Assembly (NCBI GenBank): GCA_033442325.1
Contig: JAWQFM010000017.1
Location: 1-20,835, forward strand
From: Salpingoeca rosetta
Taxonomy: Eukaryota; Protista; Choanoflagellata
Length of the DNA stretch: 20,835 nucleotides
Direction of reading: 5' to 3'
In this document: positions 1-11,783 of the stretch, piece by piece
How positions within the stretch are numbered: position 1 is the stretch's first letter
Layout: the number at the start of each line of letters is the position of its first letter
Program-made: the position numbers and the translations under genes
Notes under the pieces: generated by a model
Database searches by the model: none
Seen by the model: the letters and a program-made list of their open reading frames with translations, nothing else
Told to the model about the DNA's origin: nothing

Positions 1-2028
1 TGCCTGTCAGCGTGTGTGTGTGTATGTGTGTTCACACACGCAGTGCGTGTGGGTCGATGCAGCCCATCATCCTTCTCTGTGCGTGCGTGAGCCAAATACA
101 TCCACAGCAGCAGGGAGTGCGTGTGAGATCACAACACCCACCACAGCCACGTCCCACTCTCTCCCTCCTTCACACACACACACAACACGCACCGACACAG
201 CAGTCAAATCAATTGACAGAACTCACCCAAACTCACGGTGCCACCGTACCATGGGCCTGTGCAGCACATATGTCAGCCTCACCGACCGTGGGCAACGCCT
301 TGCATGCCTTTGGCCCTGCACACATCCATGGTGTGGGCGCTGCTGTGCGTGTTCTCTTCTTGCACCTGTGCACCATCACATCATCACCCACCACACCCCA
401 CACAGTCCACGGAACCAAACGAGACCACCCACAACAGAACCGCCAGTGAGTGCCCGTCACAACGCGCACCCTCTCCCTCCTCTCCACCAACCATGCGCCA
501 GCCACGCACACGAACAACGCAACCCACCACCTCCCGCTCAAACATACACACACGTGCTTGTTGCTTGTTTGTGTGTGTTTGGTCTTGTTGGTTCGTGTTT
601 GGGCGATTTGTGGAAGATGCCACAAATAATCGCCCGCTGCTGCGTTTGTGCGGCAACTGCTGTTTGCTTTCTGCGTTTGCTTGTTTGAAGGGCGGACTTG
701 CTGGCTTGGTTGGTTGGTTGCTTGGTTTCAATGAGACAAGAAGAAGAAGGAGAAGGAGAAGAGGAAGGGGGAACAGCACTGTGTGTGTGAATGCAACGCA
801 GGCTCACAGGCCTTGCAGGCTGAGGAGGAAGGGACAAGAAGGGGACAAGAAAGGGGGATGGAAAAGAAGAAGAAACAAACACACACACACACACACACAC
901 GCACACACACAGCTGTGGACAGCATGCATCCCCTCTCCTCCTCTTCTCTCTTCTTCGCTTCCCCCTCACAGTCACAACAGACAACCAACAGCCACAAAGG
1001 GCTGGGAAGAGAAAACAAACAAGGGGAGGGGGGCAACAGTCACCCAGCCAGATCGCCATGGAAGAAAGAGGCGAGGCGATGGAGAGGGAAGGAAAGGGGA
1101 ACATCGTCCATCAACACACACGCACACACACACACACACACGCACACACATCTATTTGGGAGCCCCACGTCTTCTGTCCCTTGCTTCCCTCCCCTCCTTT
1201 CCTTGGTCTGGGTTGAGGTGGGTTGGTTGAGGTAGCAACAGCTTGCCATGGCGTGTCATGCGTGGGTGTGGGGGTGGATGTAGATGTGGATGGGGTCCTC
1301 TCTCTGCGTGTGTGAAAAGGAAGTGGAGGAAAGCAGTGGAAGGGGTGGCAGCAGCAGGAGAGGAAGAAGGAAGGGGAGGGGGTGGATGTGAGCATGCCAT
1401 GCGTGAGTGAACAACAACGACGTCACATGGGGCGTAGGACGATGATGATGTGGCTTTTGTGCGTTGTGTAATGGCACAAGCACACAAAGGTCAACCACAA
1501 TCACAATCACACACACACACACCTCGTCGTCGATCAACGCATCTGCCTGACATATGCGCACACGCGCACGCACATCTGCAGTCACACACACACACACACA
1601 GTCACACATAGCATTGCAGAGTGAGACAGTAGACCATGCACACGCATACACAGCAATGCAACCACAACCACCACAACCACAACAACGACAACATCTCTCC
1701 CCATCTCCATTCCCAAAATGCACGGTCACATGGCCAGGTGCACAGCCGTGGTGGTGATGATGGTCATGATGAACGCCTCCCTCCCACTTCCCCTCAACCC
1801 CCTTCCACCAAAAACACGCACACCATTGCGTGCCCTCACCTCGTGCATCGTGTCGCTGTCGGCGTGGTTGATGGCGATGCACACACATGTGCACGCACAC
1901 ATGCACACACATCGCCGTGTGTGTTCCCAGTTGAGATGAGCAACGGAGGGAGAGAAATGGGCGACACGACACGATGGCCAGTCGACCCCAATCCAGCATC
2001 ACCGTCGTGTGTTGCCTGCTGCAGTCAT

Positions 2029-2070
2029 CATCACAATCACACAATCACAATCACACAATCACAATCACAC
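2029..2070. repeat. TCACAA/TCACACAA tandem repeat
   Basis: tcacaatcacacaatcacaatcacacaatcacaatcacac. Confidence 0.85.
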
Positions 2071-3135
2071 AGGTGCAAGCAAAAGGAATGAGTCACTGAT
2101 ATGTGTGTCATTGTCATGTGATGACACCATCACACGATTCACGTACATGTATGTGTACACGCACCCCCATCTCTCAACCAACATCATCGCCCTCCACCAC
2201 TTCCCCTCCCTCTCCCTCCTTTCGCTCTGCACTCCCACATCGCCTCACCATCACCACCACCATCACCGTGTCACTTCCCTCCTCCCCCTGCTTCCCCCAC
2301 TCGCCACAACTCAGCCCACCAACCAACCAACCAACCCACCGCCAACGATCATCCTCACCTGTGCTTAATGCAGCCAGCCAGCCCGCCAACGTGCCACAGC
2401 GAAGAGCCAAAACGAGGAAAGCGCAATCACGTGCCACGGCCACCATCATCATCGCTGATGGAGCAGAAAGAGGAGATGAAGGGGGAAGAGTGGTGGGCAC
2501 GGGTCGTGTCATTCCTTGTCTTCATCCGTGTAGCCCCAAACACGGTGCACAGCGCACACGCGCACGCACGGCCATCATCACAGCAGCACCACCAGCAACA
2601 ACAGCGAGCTCGCCTGCCTGCCTGCCTGTGGGGCAAGAAGAAACCAACCAGAGAAGAACAACAATGACCGGTGGTGGTGAGGACAGGAAAGGAGGGGCAC
2701 AAGGGATCACGCATGGGAATATGCAGCATGTTGTGGGCGGGTGCACCAGATACACAAAAGACCAACGAAACAATCAAGCAGCCAAGCGCGCACGCAACAC
2801 CACATCCACCACTGCTGCAATCCACCACTGCTGCCATACCTGTGTTGGCAGCTGTCTCGATCATGCCTCAACAGCTCCATATCGCATGGGAAAGGCTGAT
2901 GATGATGATGACACAGAGCAAAGGCGATTGGTTGGGAAAGGAGGAAGGGGATTCGGTTGGGGAAACCCACACACGTCCGCCTGCAGCCACGCACACACAC
3001 ACACACACACATTTGAGTTGTGTGATTGATTCATGTGAGACACACGTCAGTGCCACCACCCCACAGCCAATGTCTGCTTTGATGTGTTGGCATACATGTG
3101 TACATGCGTGTATATGCGTGCGTATGTGTACCACT

Positions 3136-3136
<1 letters not shown>

Positions 3137-3210
<74 letters not shown>
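3137..3210. repeat. (CA)n microsatellite, about 37 units
   Basis: Perfect CA run. Confidence 0.98.
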
Positions 3211-3211
<1 letters not shown>

Positions 3212-5364
3212 CGGCAGCGTCTCACCTGGTGTCTTCTTTTCTCGCACATTTGTGTGTGCGTGTATCGCCCTGCTCGTGTCATGAGGGCTTGGGAAGAGAA
3301 CGGCCACCGTCCTGTGCAAAATCACACACATGTACACATGCGCAAGCACAAAGGAACAAATCAGCAAGAATGACACCACGCAGTGAGCCAGCATGGCAGA
3401 AACAAACCACATCCACCTCCTTGTGCCACAGTCACATCATCCACATCATCACCTGTGCACGCACATGTCACATCCCCACAGACATCACATCACCGCCACC
3501 GCCACAAGCATCACACCTGCACATGCGTGTGCGTGCGCTACGTACATCCACCACAAATCACTCACCACCAGCAGCAGCGTCGTCACGCAAGGCAACAACA
3601 TATCGACGCACATCACACCCTGTACGTGTGCGTGTGAAGAAAGAGGCGAGTTGGCACAGAATCAGGATATCAACGACAACAAAACCCATTGCCACCACCA
3701 ACAGACCCAACGACATCCAACCAGCACTTCACAATCACACACATACGACATGCTGATGTTCACACCCAGCACACCACACACCACCACCACCACCATTCAT
3801 CTCACCTCCACATCCATGGCCGCAGCCGCTGCTGTTGGTGACCAATGACGACGACGACGAGGAGAAGGTGGAGATGGACGAGAGACAGAGGGCCAGTTCA
3901 TCCACAATGCAGCCAGACATCGGCTGTTGCTGCTGCTGGTGTTGATGGTGGAAACGGTGAAAACAAACGGCCCCTTGCCACGCCGTGTCCTTTGCTCGCT
4001 CGCTCGGCTGCTTGCTTGGTCGGTTGGATGAAGACGGATTCGTGGTCCTGTGTCCAAATCAATCGAAAAACAGGGGAGAGGAAGAATAGACACATGAGTG
4101 GACAGAACAGACAAGGAAAGAGGGAGGCGAAGAAGGAAACACAGCATGTCAACCATACACACACACATCTCAGTCGCCCTTCTCACCTCCAGCACTCGTC
4201 ATCGTCATCGTCGTTGGTTCCACCGCTTCATGCGCCTCCTCAACGCTGTCAAATCTATGTGTACAGACACAAGAAGGGAGAGAATGCAGGGGGGGGGGGG
4301 TGAGGTTGACAGCGAAGCATCATCAACCACCCGCCAGCCCAATCCAACCACCCGCACTGACACACAACCACACGCACACATGTTGTCCCCACTCACCCCA
4401 CCATGCACACACACACACACACATGCTCACCTCTTCGTGAGAGCGAGTGACATGTGCAATGTCTGCATCACGCCAGATTGGAGCTGGTGTCGGCCGGAGT
4501 GTGATGGCGGCTGTGCCGTCGATGGTGATAGGGTGATGACGGTGGCAGCGGAGCTGAGGCGGAAGAAAGAAAAAGGAGAGAGAAATGAGGAAGGGTTGAT
4601 GATGATGATGCGTGGTTCATGGCGGCTGCTTTCCCCTCCTCTGATGTGATCCTGGTGCTCATGCAACCAACACACAGCGACAAGACACAACGACATCGTC
4701 ACACACAAGGTACAGGCATGGCATGTGAGCACAGCAGGCGTGTTCACCTTCCTGCTCCCTCCTCTGCTTTCCTCCTCCTCACTCCATGACACACACACAC
4801 ACACACACACACCTGCGCATAGCTGCGTCGCTGTGATTGGATGTGCCCACCATGACCATGGACGTGTGTGTCCACAGCTGCTCCTCCCAATCCATCATGT
4901 GTGCAGCACCCATCATCCTCCAACGATCCTCACGCAGTCGCCCCCCTGCATACACACACACACACGCACACATGACATGTGAGCTGCACAACTACACTGG
5001 TGCACGAGATACAGCAGCAGCAACACCGAGCACCCACACACCCACAGCAGCAACACCAACACATGCACCATGTGCCAACCAACGCAGCCATGATGGGCTC
5101 ACCTTGCTCACGCATATGGGAACACTGCATGAGCACAGCTGCAGCAGCCGAATCGGGGGAGTTGCTGCTGCTGCAGCCGGCATGCGAGCCCGCTTTCATC
5201 AACATCCTGATGTGTGCTGATACCTCACCACCTGTGCATATGTGTGTGTGTGTGATTGCGTGGTTGCAGGGAACGTGAGTGGCAACACAACGCAACAGGC
5301 ACAGAGCAAGCCATCACGTCAGCACAGCAGAACAAGTGATTGACGTCACACGCACCACGTGTAC

Positions 5365-5370
5365 GTGTGT

Positions 5371-5424
<54 letters not shown>

Positions 5425-5433
5425 GTGTGTGTG
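5365..5433. repeat. (TG)n microsatellite
   Basis: Near-perfect TG run. Confidence 0.95.
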
Positions 5434-6827
5434 ACCATCATCCCTATCAACTCCTCTTCCTCTTGTTCGCTTCACCCCACCCATCACAACCACCAGCCCA
5501 TCACACAACCAACCAACCACTCATCACCACCCACATACCATGTGTGAGGCGAGTGCAGCTGGCACGCATGACAAGTATCCTCGACATTTCCCTCATCCTG
5601 ATGCTTGTGCGTGCGCATCGCCTGTAAGTGGGGTTGTGTGTGCGAGCACCAGCATGGTGAGTGAGTGGGAGGGAAGGCAGGGAGCATGGACATGTGCGCA
5701 GTCACACTGCTGCTGCCACTACTGGTGTTGTGCATGCATATGTGTGTGAAGGAGAAGAAAGGGAAGAGAGATAAAACAGAAAACAGAAGGGAAGGAGCAA
5801 GACATGCTGCACCCGCCCCATCCATCCATCGCTCTTCCTCACACCACCACACACCATCGTCCCTTGTCACCAACCAGCCACACCACACCGCACCACACCA
5901 CACTCACCCAGCATCCCCCACCCCACCCCACCTCATCCCATCCATCCATCCAACACACATCTCCTCTCCGTTTCCCCTCTTCTTCTCGCCCTCACCTGCT
6001 GCTGCTGCTTCCCGCCGAAAATGCAACTTGTGCTGTCGCCACCTGTTCCCAGCTGTAAACAGCCAGCTTCTGCCAGCAGCGGCGGGCGATGGGTTGGTTG
6101 GTTGGTTGGTTTGGTTGGCTGGGGAATGTGTTCAGCTGCAAGTGATGGTGGTGGTGCATCCTCTGCTGCTGCTGCATCGGCGGTGGAGGGTGTGTTGGCT
6201 GCTGCTGCTGTTGTTGTTGTTGTGATGGCTGCCAGGGAGGGCGAGGAAGAGAGGGGAAGACGAACAGCGGCTGCAAGGTGGAGAATGTGCAGGCGTGCAG
6301 ACAGTTGTGTGTGAGAACGAAGAATGAGACAGCGCATCACGCAAGGCAAAACAGGCAGCCGCACGACACACATGCATGCACATTGATGTGGGACAACAAG
6401 GGGAGACAGGAGCAACAAAGACAGCGACCACAAAACACGCACACTGGTGTTGTGCGCAGCATACACACGCATGCATGTGCAGTGATGCACTCACGTTGCT
6501 CATCGCTTGCTTGCTTTGTGGTGTGTGTTGGCGCTGCTGCTTCCGTAATCGCACAAGGGTGGCTGGATGGTCATTGCATGGCAGCGCCCGTCTGTTCATC
6601 CCACCAGAGCAGTGGTGGTTGGTGGAGGGAGGGGGTGGGGGTGACAGCTGCTGGTTCAAGGCCCTCTGTGGCGACAGCAGAAAGAAGAAAGGGGAAGCAA
6701 GAGAGGAAGGTGGTGGTGTTGGTGGTGGTGTTGAGGATGGGAATGGAAGGAAGTGAGTAAATACACAAGCAAATGAGGAGGTGGTGATGATGGCGTGTGG
6801 GTGGGTGAAGAAGAGAACGTGCACGTC

Positions 6828-6828
<1 letters not shown>

Positions 6829-6884
<56 letters not shown>
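6829..6884. repeat. (CA)n microsatellite; sense (TG)n just after the GT47 donor at 6890
   Basis: CA run next to CCTCAC (minus-strand GTGAGG donor). Confidence 0.97.
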
Positions 6885-6887
<3 letters not shown>

Positions 6888-7213
6888 CACCTGCCACGCG
6901 TTGTCGCCGCTGAACAAGTTAATCCTGGCAGACTCCAGTGCTGACAGCAGCAAATAGCACAGCCATAACACACGAGTGGGCAGATGGTGAGAGTAGTTGA
7001 ATGGACATGAGAACAAGCGAGCAACGCACACACCACACCATACTCCCCGCACTCACTCGACAGCCCCTGTCCCAACAACGTACTCCCTCACCTGTGTGCA
7101 CTTGGGTGGAGAGGGACTTGAAGAACTCCTCAAACACAAACACAACGCGTCTCTGCATCATCTCCACCACCTCATCAGGGATCGACCGCAGGATCCTTGG
7201 AAGCTGAACACAG

Positions 7214-7214
<1 letters not shown>

Positions 7215-7300
<86 letters not shown>
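7215..7300. repeat. (TG)n microsatellite, about 43 units; sense (CA)n just before the GT47 acceptor at 7204-7205
   Basis: Perfect TG run ending about 10 nt from the minus-strand AG. Confidence 0.97.
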
Positions 7301-7302
<2 letters not shown>

Positions 7303-7564
7303 CGACGTGATGTGCAAGCCTTCACCAACCCACAATCCCCATTAAAACCACATCCCCCCTCACGCATCACTTCTCATTCCCCATGTCACCGATCTATCAC
7401 CACACCTCGAGGAGCCTGTGCTCGGGAATGCGGATGCTGAACGTCTCCCAGTCCAGCAGGTCCTGGTAGGGCTGCAAGCGTGCAAAACGCAAACACCACA
7501 ACATCACGTCACAGCATGATAAGCGACGGGAGGGGGAATCCACACAGTGATGTGACACACAAGA

Positions 7565-7566
<2 letters not shown>

Positions 7567-7654
<88 letters not shown>

Positions 7655-7797
7655 GCGGCATCCATCCATACGCACCAGCACGTAGTGATCGACAACAATG
7701 ACGGGGATGGCACCCGCAGCCATGATCTATGAGGTATGAAAGGGGTGACAGGAGATGGAAGGTGGGTGAGACCACAAACAGGCCCGAAATCGTCTGC

Positions 7798-7863
<66 letters not shown>

Positions 7864-7867
7864 TACA

Positions 7868-7902
<35 letters not shown>

Positions 7903-7946
7903 GCACACACACACGCACACACACACGCACACACACACACATACAC
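7567..7946. repeat. Two intronic (CA)n tracts (7567-7652, 7799-7946) in GT47 introns
   Basis: Long CA runs. The second starts at the donor itself (sense GTGTATGTGTGT...). Confidence 0.96.
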
Positions 7947-8808
7947 CTGAAGGAGTGGTAGCCAAATCCTTCGACGATGAGCCCAAACTTGGTCTCCAGC
8001 GCCAGCGCCGTGTACGTGTACTTGTTGAACTCTTCCTCTGCCTGCTTACATGAGGGGTCATATCCAACCTTCCCCTCACGGCCCATGCGCTCTTCGGCAA
8101 ACCACCGGCATGCGCACACCAACACAATGTCCCTGCAAACATGCAAACGCAGCCGATGTGTGTGCGTGTGTGTGAGGTGGGGCCAGAAAGACACGCACAC
8201 AGCACCAAAACCAGTTGACTCCGAGGCAACGCACGAGACACACACGGAACACGATAACACACAACAAATCACACGCGTAGCACACCATACCTGCCATTGT
8301 GCAGCTTGGGGAGGTGGTTGCGCATGGCATCAAGAGCGAGCACACTTGGTGCCCTGCACATCAGGGAAAGAAGACAGACGTCAAGCAGCGGCACCACAAC
8401 ATGTTTGGAGTGAGGTTGCAGCGGCACAAGAAGGGCGAAGTGATGGTGCAGTGAGCGACGCCAATCCCTCAAAACCCAGCAGCAGCAGCAGTGAACATCA
8501 AACCCCACATCACACCACGTCACAACACGCACACATGCATGCACACACCTGAAGGTGACGAGTTATTTCCTATTCGTGCGGGCGGAACGCGTCGCTGCTC
8601 CGGTGTGAATGAATGAATGTCACCATGGAGAAGAGTGGGATGGACACATCGAGGCCGTCACAGTGGTGGAATTCACTGAAGTGGTGTGATGAGATGGAAC
8701 AGACCGGATTGATGAAGCGTGTAAGCATCAGCAGTCGCACATGGTGCGTGCCACCTGAAAGCACTTCTCTTGCAGCACACACACACACACACATACACAC
8801 ACACCTAC

Positions 8809-9120
8809 CTGTGTCAGCATCGTGGATTGACGAGGAGGAATGTGATGGACGTGCCAGGGCATGCGACACAGCAAGCCGTTGCCAGCCAACACACACCACC
8901 ATACCACTTCTGGAACGGACAGCATGGTTGTGTCCGCCGCACTTGCGGCTGGATCGACGATGAGGATGGATGGCGAGTTGCATGGAATGCCGTAGCTATT
9001 GTCCGCAGCCACGCCGCTGATCCACTTGCATCTGCCGTGTAGCAGCTCACCAAGCGTGGTGGTGTCTGCTGTGTTCGTGCTGCGATCAGTGGTCACACAC
9101 GTAGAGGAGGGTGCTGTGAG
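8809..9120 (-). pseudogene. Fragment of a beta-propeller-type repeat protein (KWxGGVLAxNGxxYxIPxxxxxILIVDPxxxxADTT repeat), about two degraded repeats
   Basis: Reads NTADTTTLGELLHGRCKWISGVAADNSYGIPCNSPSILIVDPAASAADTTMLS and then, across small frameshifts, QKWYGGV/LAGNGLLCRMP/GTSITFLLVNP/DADT. It ends at a G|GTAGGT donor at 8808. The internal repetition is visible directly; the propeller assignment comes from recognising the repeat. Confidence 0.7.
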
Positions 9121-9649
9121 CCAGCCAGCACGCCGCCTGCAGTGCCCACTTGGCTCAAGCAGCTTGCAAACTGTTGATGGTGGTCGTGTCATCCACTGCC
9201 GCTGTCACTGCTGTTGTTGCTGTCACTGCTGTCACTGCTGCTGCTGATGGGCTGATGATGAGCACAGAGGTGGTGGGAGTTGCATCAGAGGGATGCCGTG
9301 GATGAGGCCAGTGCTGGTAACGACGCCACAATCACCAATCGCAGTTGCCAGTGCCCTGCCGAGTGCATCTTGGATGCTGTTGCCAGACGGCGGGTTGACT
9401 GACAGTGCTTTTGCAGCACAGCAGTTGGTACCCCCTTCCCTTTCGCTCCTCGCAGAGCACTGCTCCTTGTCAAGCCGTTCGCCTCTGCGTGTGCGTGCAT
9501 GTGCATGCTTGTGCGTGTCTGTGCGTGTCTGTGCGTCTGCCTTCCATCACACAACAGTGAACCCCTTTCAGCAACAAAGCAGAAAGTGCTGACTCGGCAC
9601 AATTATGTTTGTGTTTGTGTTTTGTGGGGAAGAAGACAAGAAGACAAGA

Positions 9650-9764
9650 ATGCGTGCAATGGCAGCAGGGACAGCGCTGCTGTTTGTGGTGGCTGTGCTG
9701 TGTGCTGCTGTTCAGCCACTGTGGCGAGCGTCGTCTCAAGCTCACGTCCAGTGCACCAAGATGA

Positions 9765-9853
<89 letters not shown>

Positions 9854-10956
9854 TGTGTGTGTGTGTGTGTCTGTGTGTGTGAAACGAGTTGCGTGCTTAT
9901 TCCCTCGTCCCATCGCTGCTCTCACTGACCAACACCTCTTCCCCCCCCCCACATCGTCACAGGATGCTTCAGGGACAGTGCTGACAATCGAACGTTTGCG
10001 TTTGCTGGCAACATGGCGCAGACGTCCATGACGCGTGAGGCGTGTGCCACGCTCTGCTACACCTTCAACTTTTCGCTCAGCGCCGTTGAGTACGGCTACC
10101 AATGCTTCTGCGGCACCCAAGCTGAATTCCACCGCGCAGTCTCGGCGGTGTGTGTGTGTGTGTGTCTGTATCTGTGTGTCTGCATCTGTGTGTGTATGAG
10201 TGTGTGTGCATGCATTAATGTATGCGACCAGCATTCACACTCCCCCCTCCCCCACCCAACATACACTTTTGTGCAGCCTTCCTCCGACTGCAACGAACCA
10301 TGCACGGGGGCTTCGACCGAGATGTGCGGAGCAGCCAATCGCATGAACATCATCCAAGCAAACTGTTCCGGCAAACCCCTTCCCACAGGTGATTCCAACA
10401 AACACAAACACACACACAACACACAACACACAACACCACCCACTCAGCTCATACGTGACTGCTGTTGCACCTTGCCTCGTCAGGCCATGCGTGCCTGTCT
10501 GCGGCGACGAAGGAGTTGCCGTTCTGCAACGCGAGTCTGTCCATTGGTGCCCGCCTCAACGACCTCATTGGACGCCTCAGTCTTCAGGAGAAGGCCGGCC
10601 TCGTTGGCCCCGATCCCGTCACCAGTCCATGCGCCTTCCTTGACTATGGCGTCAAGAGGTGGGAAAGGACATTCAGCGCCCACGCAGTGACTCGTGACTG
10701 CCTGCTTGTGTTCCCCCCCCCACTTCTTCGTGCCACAGCGGCATCAACCGCCACCACCACTGCTCACACCGCAACACCACCTCCCTCTTCATGCTCGCAC
10801 ATGTGTGCGCGCGTGTATGGGTCGCAGGCTCGACATTCCGCCGTATGTGCAACTGGTGGAGACGAACACGGCCGTTGCCTCTGCGTGCATCATCAGCCAG
10901 GACAAGTGTGCCACGACGTTCATTGAGGCCCACAGGTCTTGGCGCAGCCGTCAACC

Positions 10957-11028
<72 letters not shown>

Positions 11029-11705
11029 GCGTGTGTGTGCGTGTGTGTGTGTGTGTGTGTGTGCCTACGTCTGCTATGTCGTCTTCTTCTCCTTGATCAG
11101 AGCTCCTGTCGTTCATTCCCTCCTTGTCCCCCACGCACCCGTCCTTCGCTTCCAGGTCATATCCACGGAGATGCGCGCCTTCAACAATCTCAACTGGCAC
11201 AGGGGCGGCGGTGTCTTGCAGAAGATCGGACTCACAGGTGCGCCCTTCATCACGTGTTGCTGATGCTGGTGCACACCACCCACACCCATGCGATCACTCT
11301 ACAACAGTTGCACCCATGCCACCAACCCCCTTCACACTCACCCCCACTCACTCACTCACACACTTTGCAGGCCCACCCACTCATCTTCACTGCACCCCTC
11401 TCAACCTCTGAGGCCACTTCTTGAGCGGCGATTGCGCTGCTGCTTACTTGGCCGGCTGCCAGAACGGCCCAGACAGGAATGGCAGCAGGTACGGACACGC
11501 ATCCACACTCACACATGCGTGTATGCAAACGCCCACAACCGTGTCAGCGACGCTGCTTCATTTGCACTTCGTGGCAGTCGTGTCATTTACACTGCTGTCA
11601 CCACTCCATCGCGTTTTAGGTCTCAAGCACGTTAACGCGCACTAGGTCGAGACAACCGCGTGGCATTCAACGGGAACATCTCCACCTCTGACCTCTGGGA
11701 CACCG

Positions 11706-11783
<78 letters not shown>

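Larger units (their letters stand above)
1523..6270 (-). pseudogene. Chain of exon-like remnants of unidentified minus-strand gene(s)
   Basis: Segments bounded by AG...GT(G/A) on the minus strand, several next to sense (TG)n tracts: 1546-1523 (ADALIDDE), ~1880-1839 (AINHADSDTMHE), ~2453-2358, ~4047-3806, ~4253-4187, ~4509-4431, ~5231-5103, ~5621-5539, ~6270-5996. No recognisable domain and no consistent spliced reading frame. Confidence 0.3.
6495..8754 (-). pseudogene. Exostosin (EXT1-like) glycosyltransferase family GT47 pseudogene, 5'-truncated, multi-exon
   Basis: Spliced minus-strand exons with GT/AG ends: 8754-8549 (GGTHHV...DGLDVSIPLFSMVTF..RK*LVTFR), 8353-8291 (..[14 protein letters not shown]), 8132-7947 ([11 protein letters not shown]...[31 protein letters not shown]), 7726-7676 (IMAAGAIPVIVVDHYVL), 7471-7406 (PYQDLLDWETFSIRIPEHRLLE), 7203-7092 (LPRILRSIPDEVVEMMQRRVVFVFEEFFKSLSTQVHT), 6940-6891 (ALESARINLFSGDNAWQ), and a probable low-complexity exon 6665-6495. 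Motif order matches EXT1 GT47 (DVSIPLF, RKY..TFKG, LHNG.D.V, SFR..E..A.C.PV, LP...I.W, IP..IRSI). Lesions: stop at 8563-8565 in RK[Y]LVTF; (GAAT)3 at 8607-8618, an 8-bp expansion that shifts frame; phase mismatch and lost L-x-E between the 7947 and 7726 exons. No TM/N-terminal exons. Confidence 0.88.

Noticed and set aside
2029-2070. TCACAA repeat as a telomeric or CRISPR-like array
   Set aside because: It is short and irregular with no spacers, and no TTAGGG-type array was seen in the window.
1-6300. Long ORFs such as 238-1230 (330 aa), 2103-3029 and 2671-3756
   Set aside because: They are HT/CV dipeptide and low-complexity translations of microsatellite-rich, stop-poor DNA, with no domain signal or codon bias.
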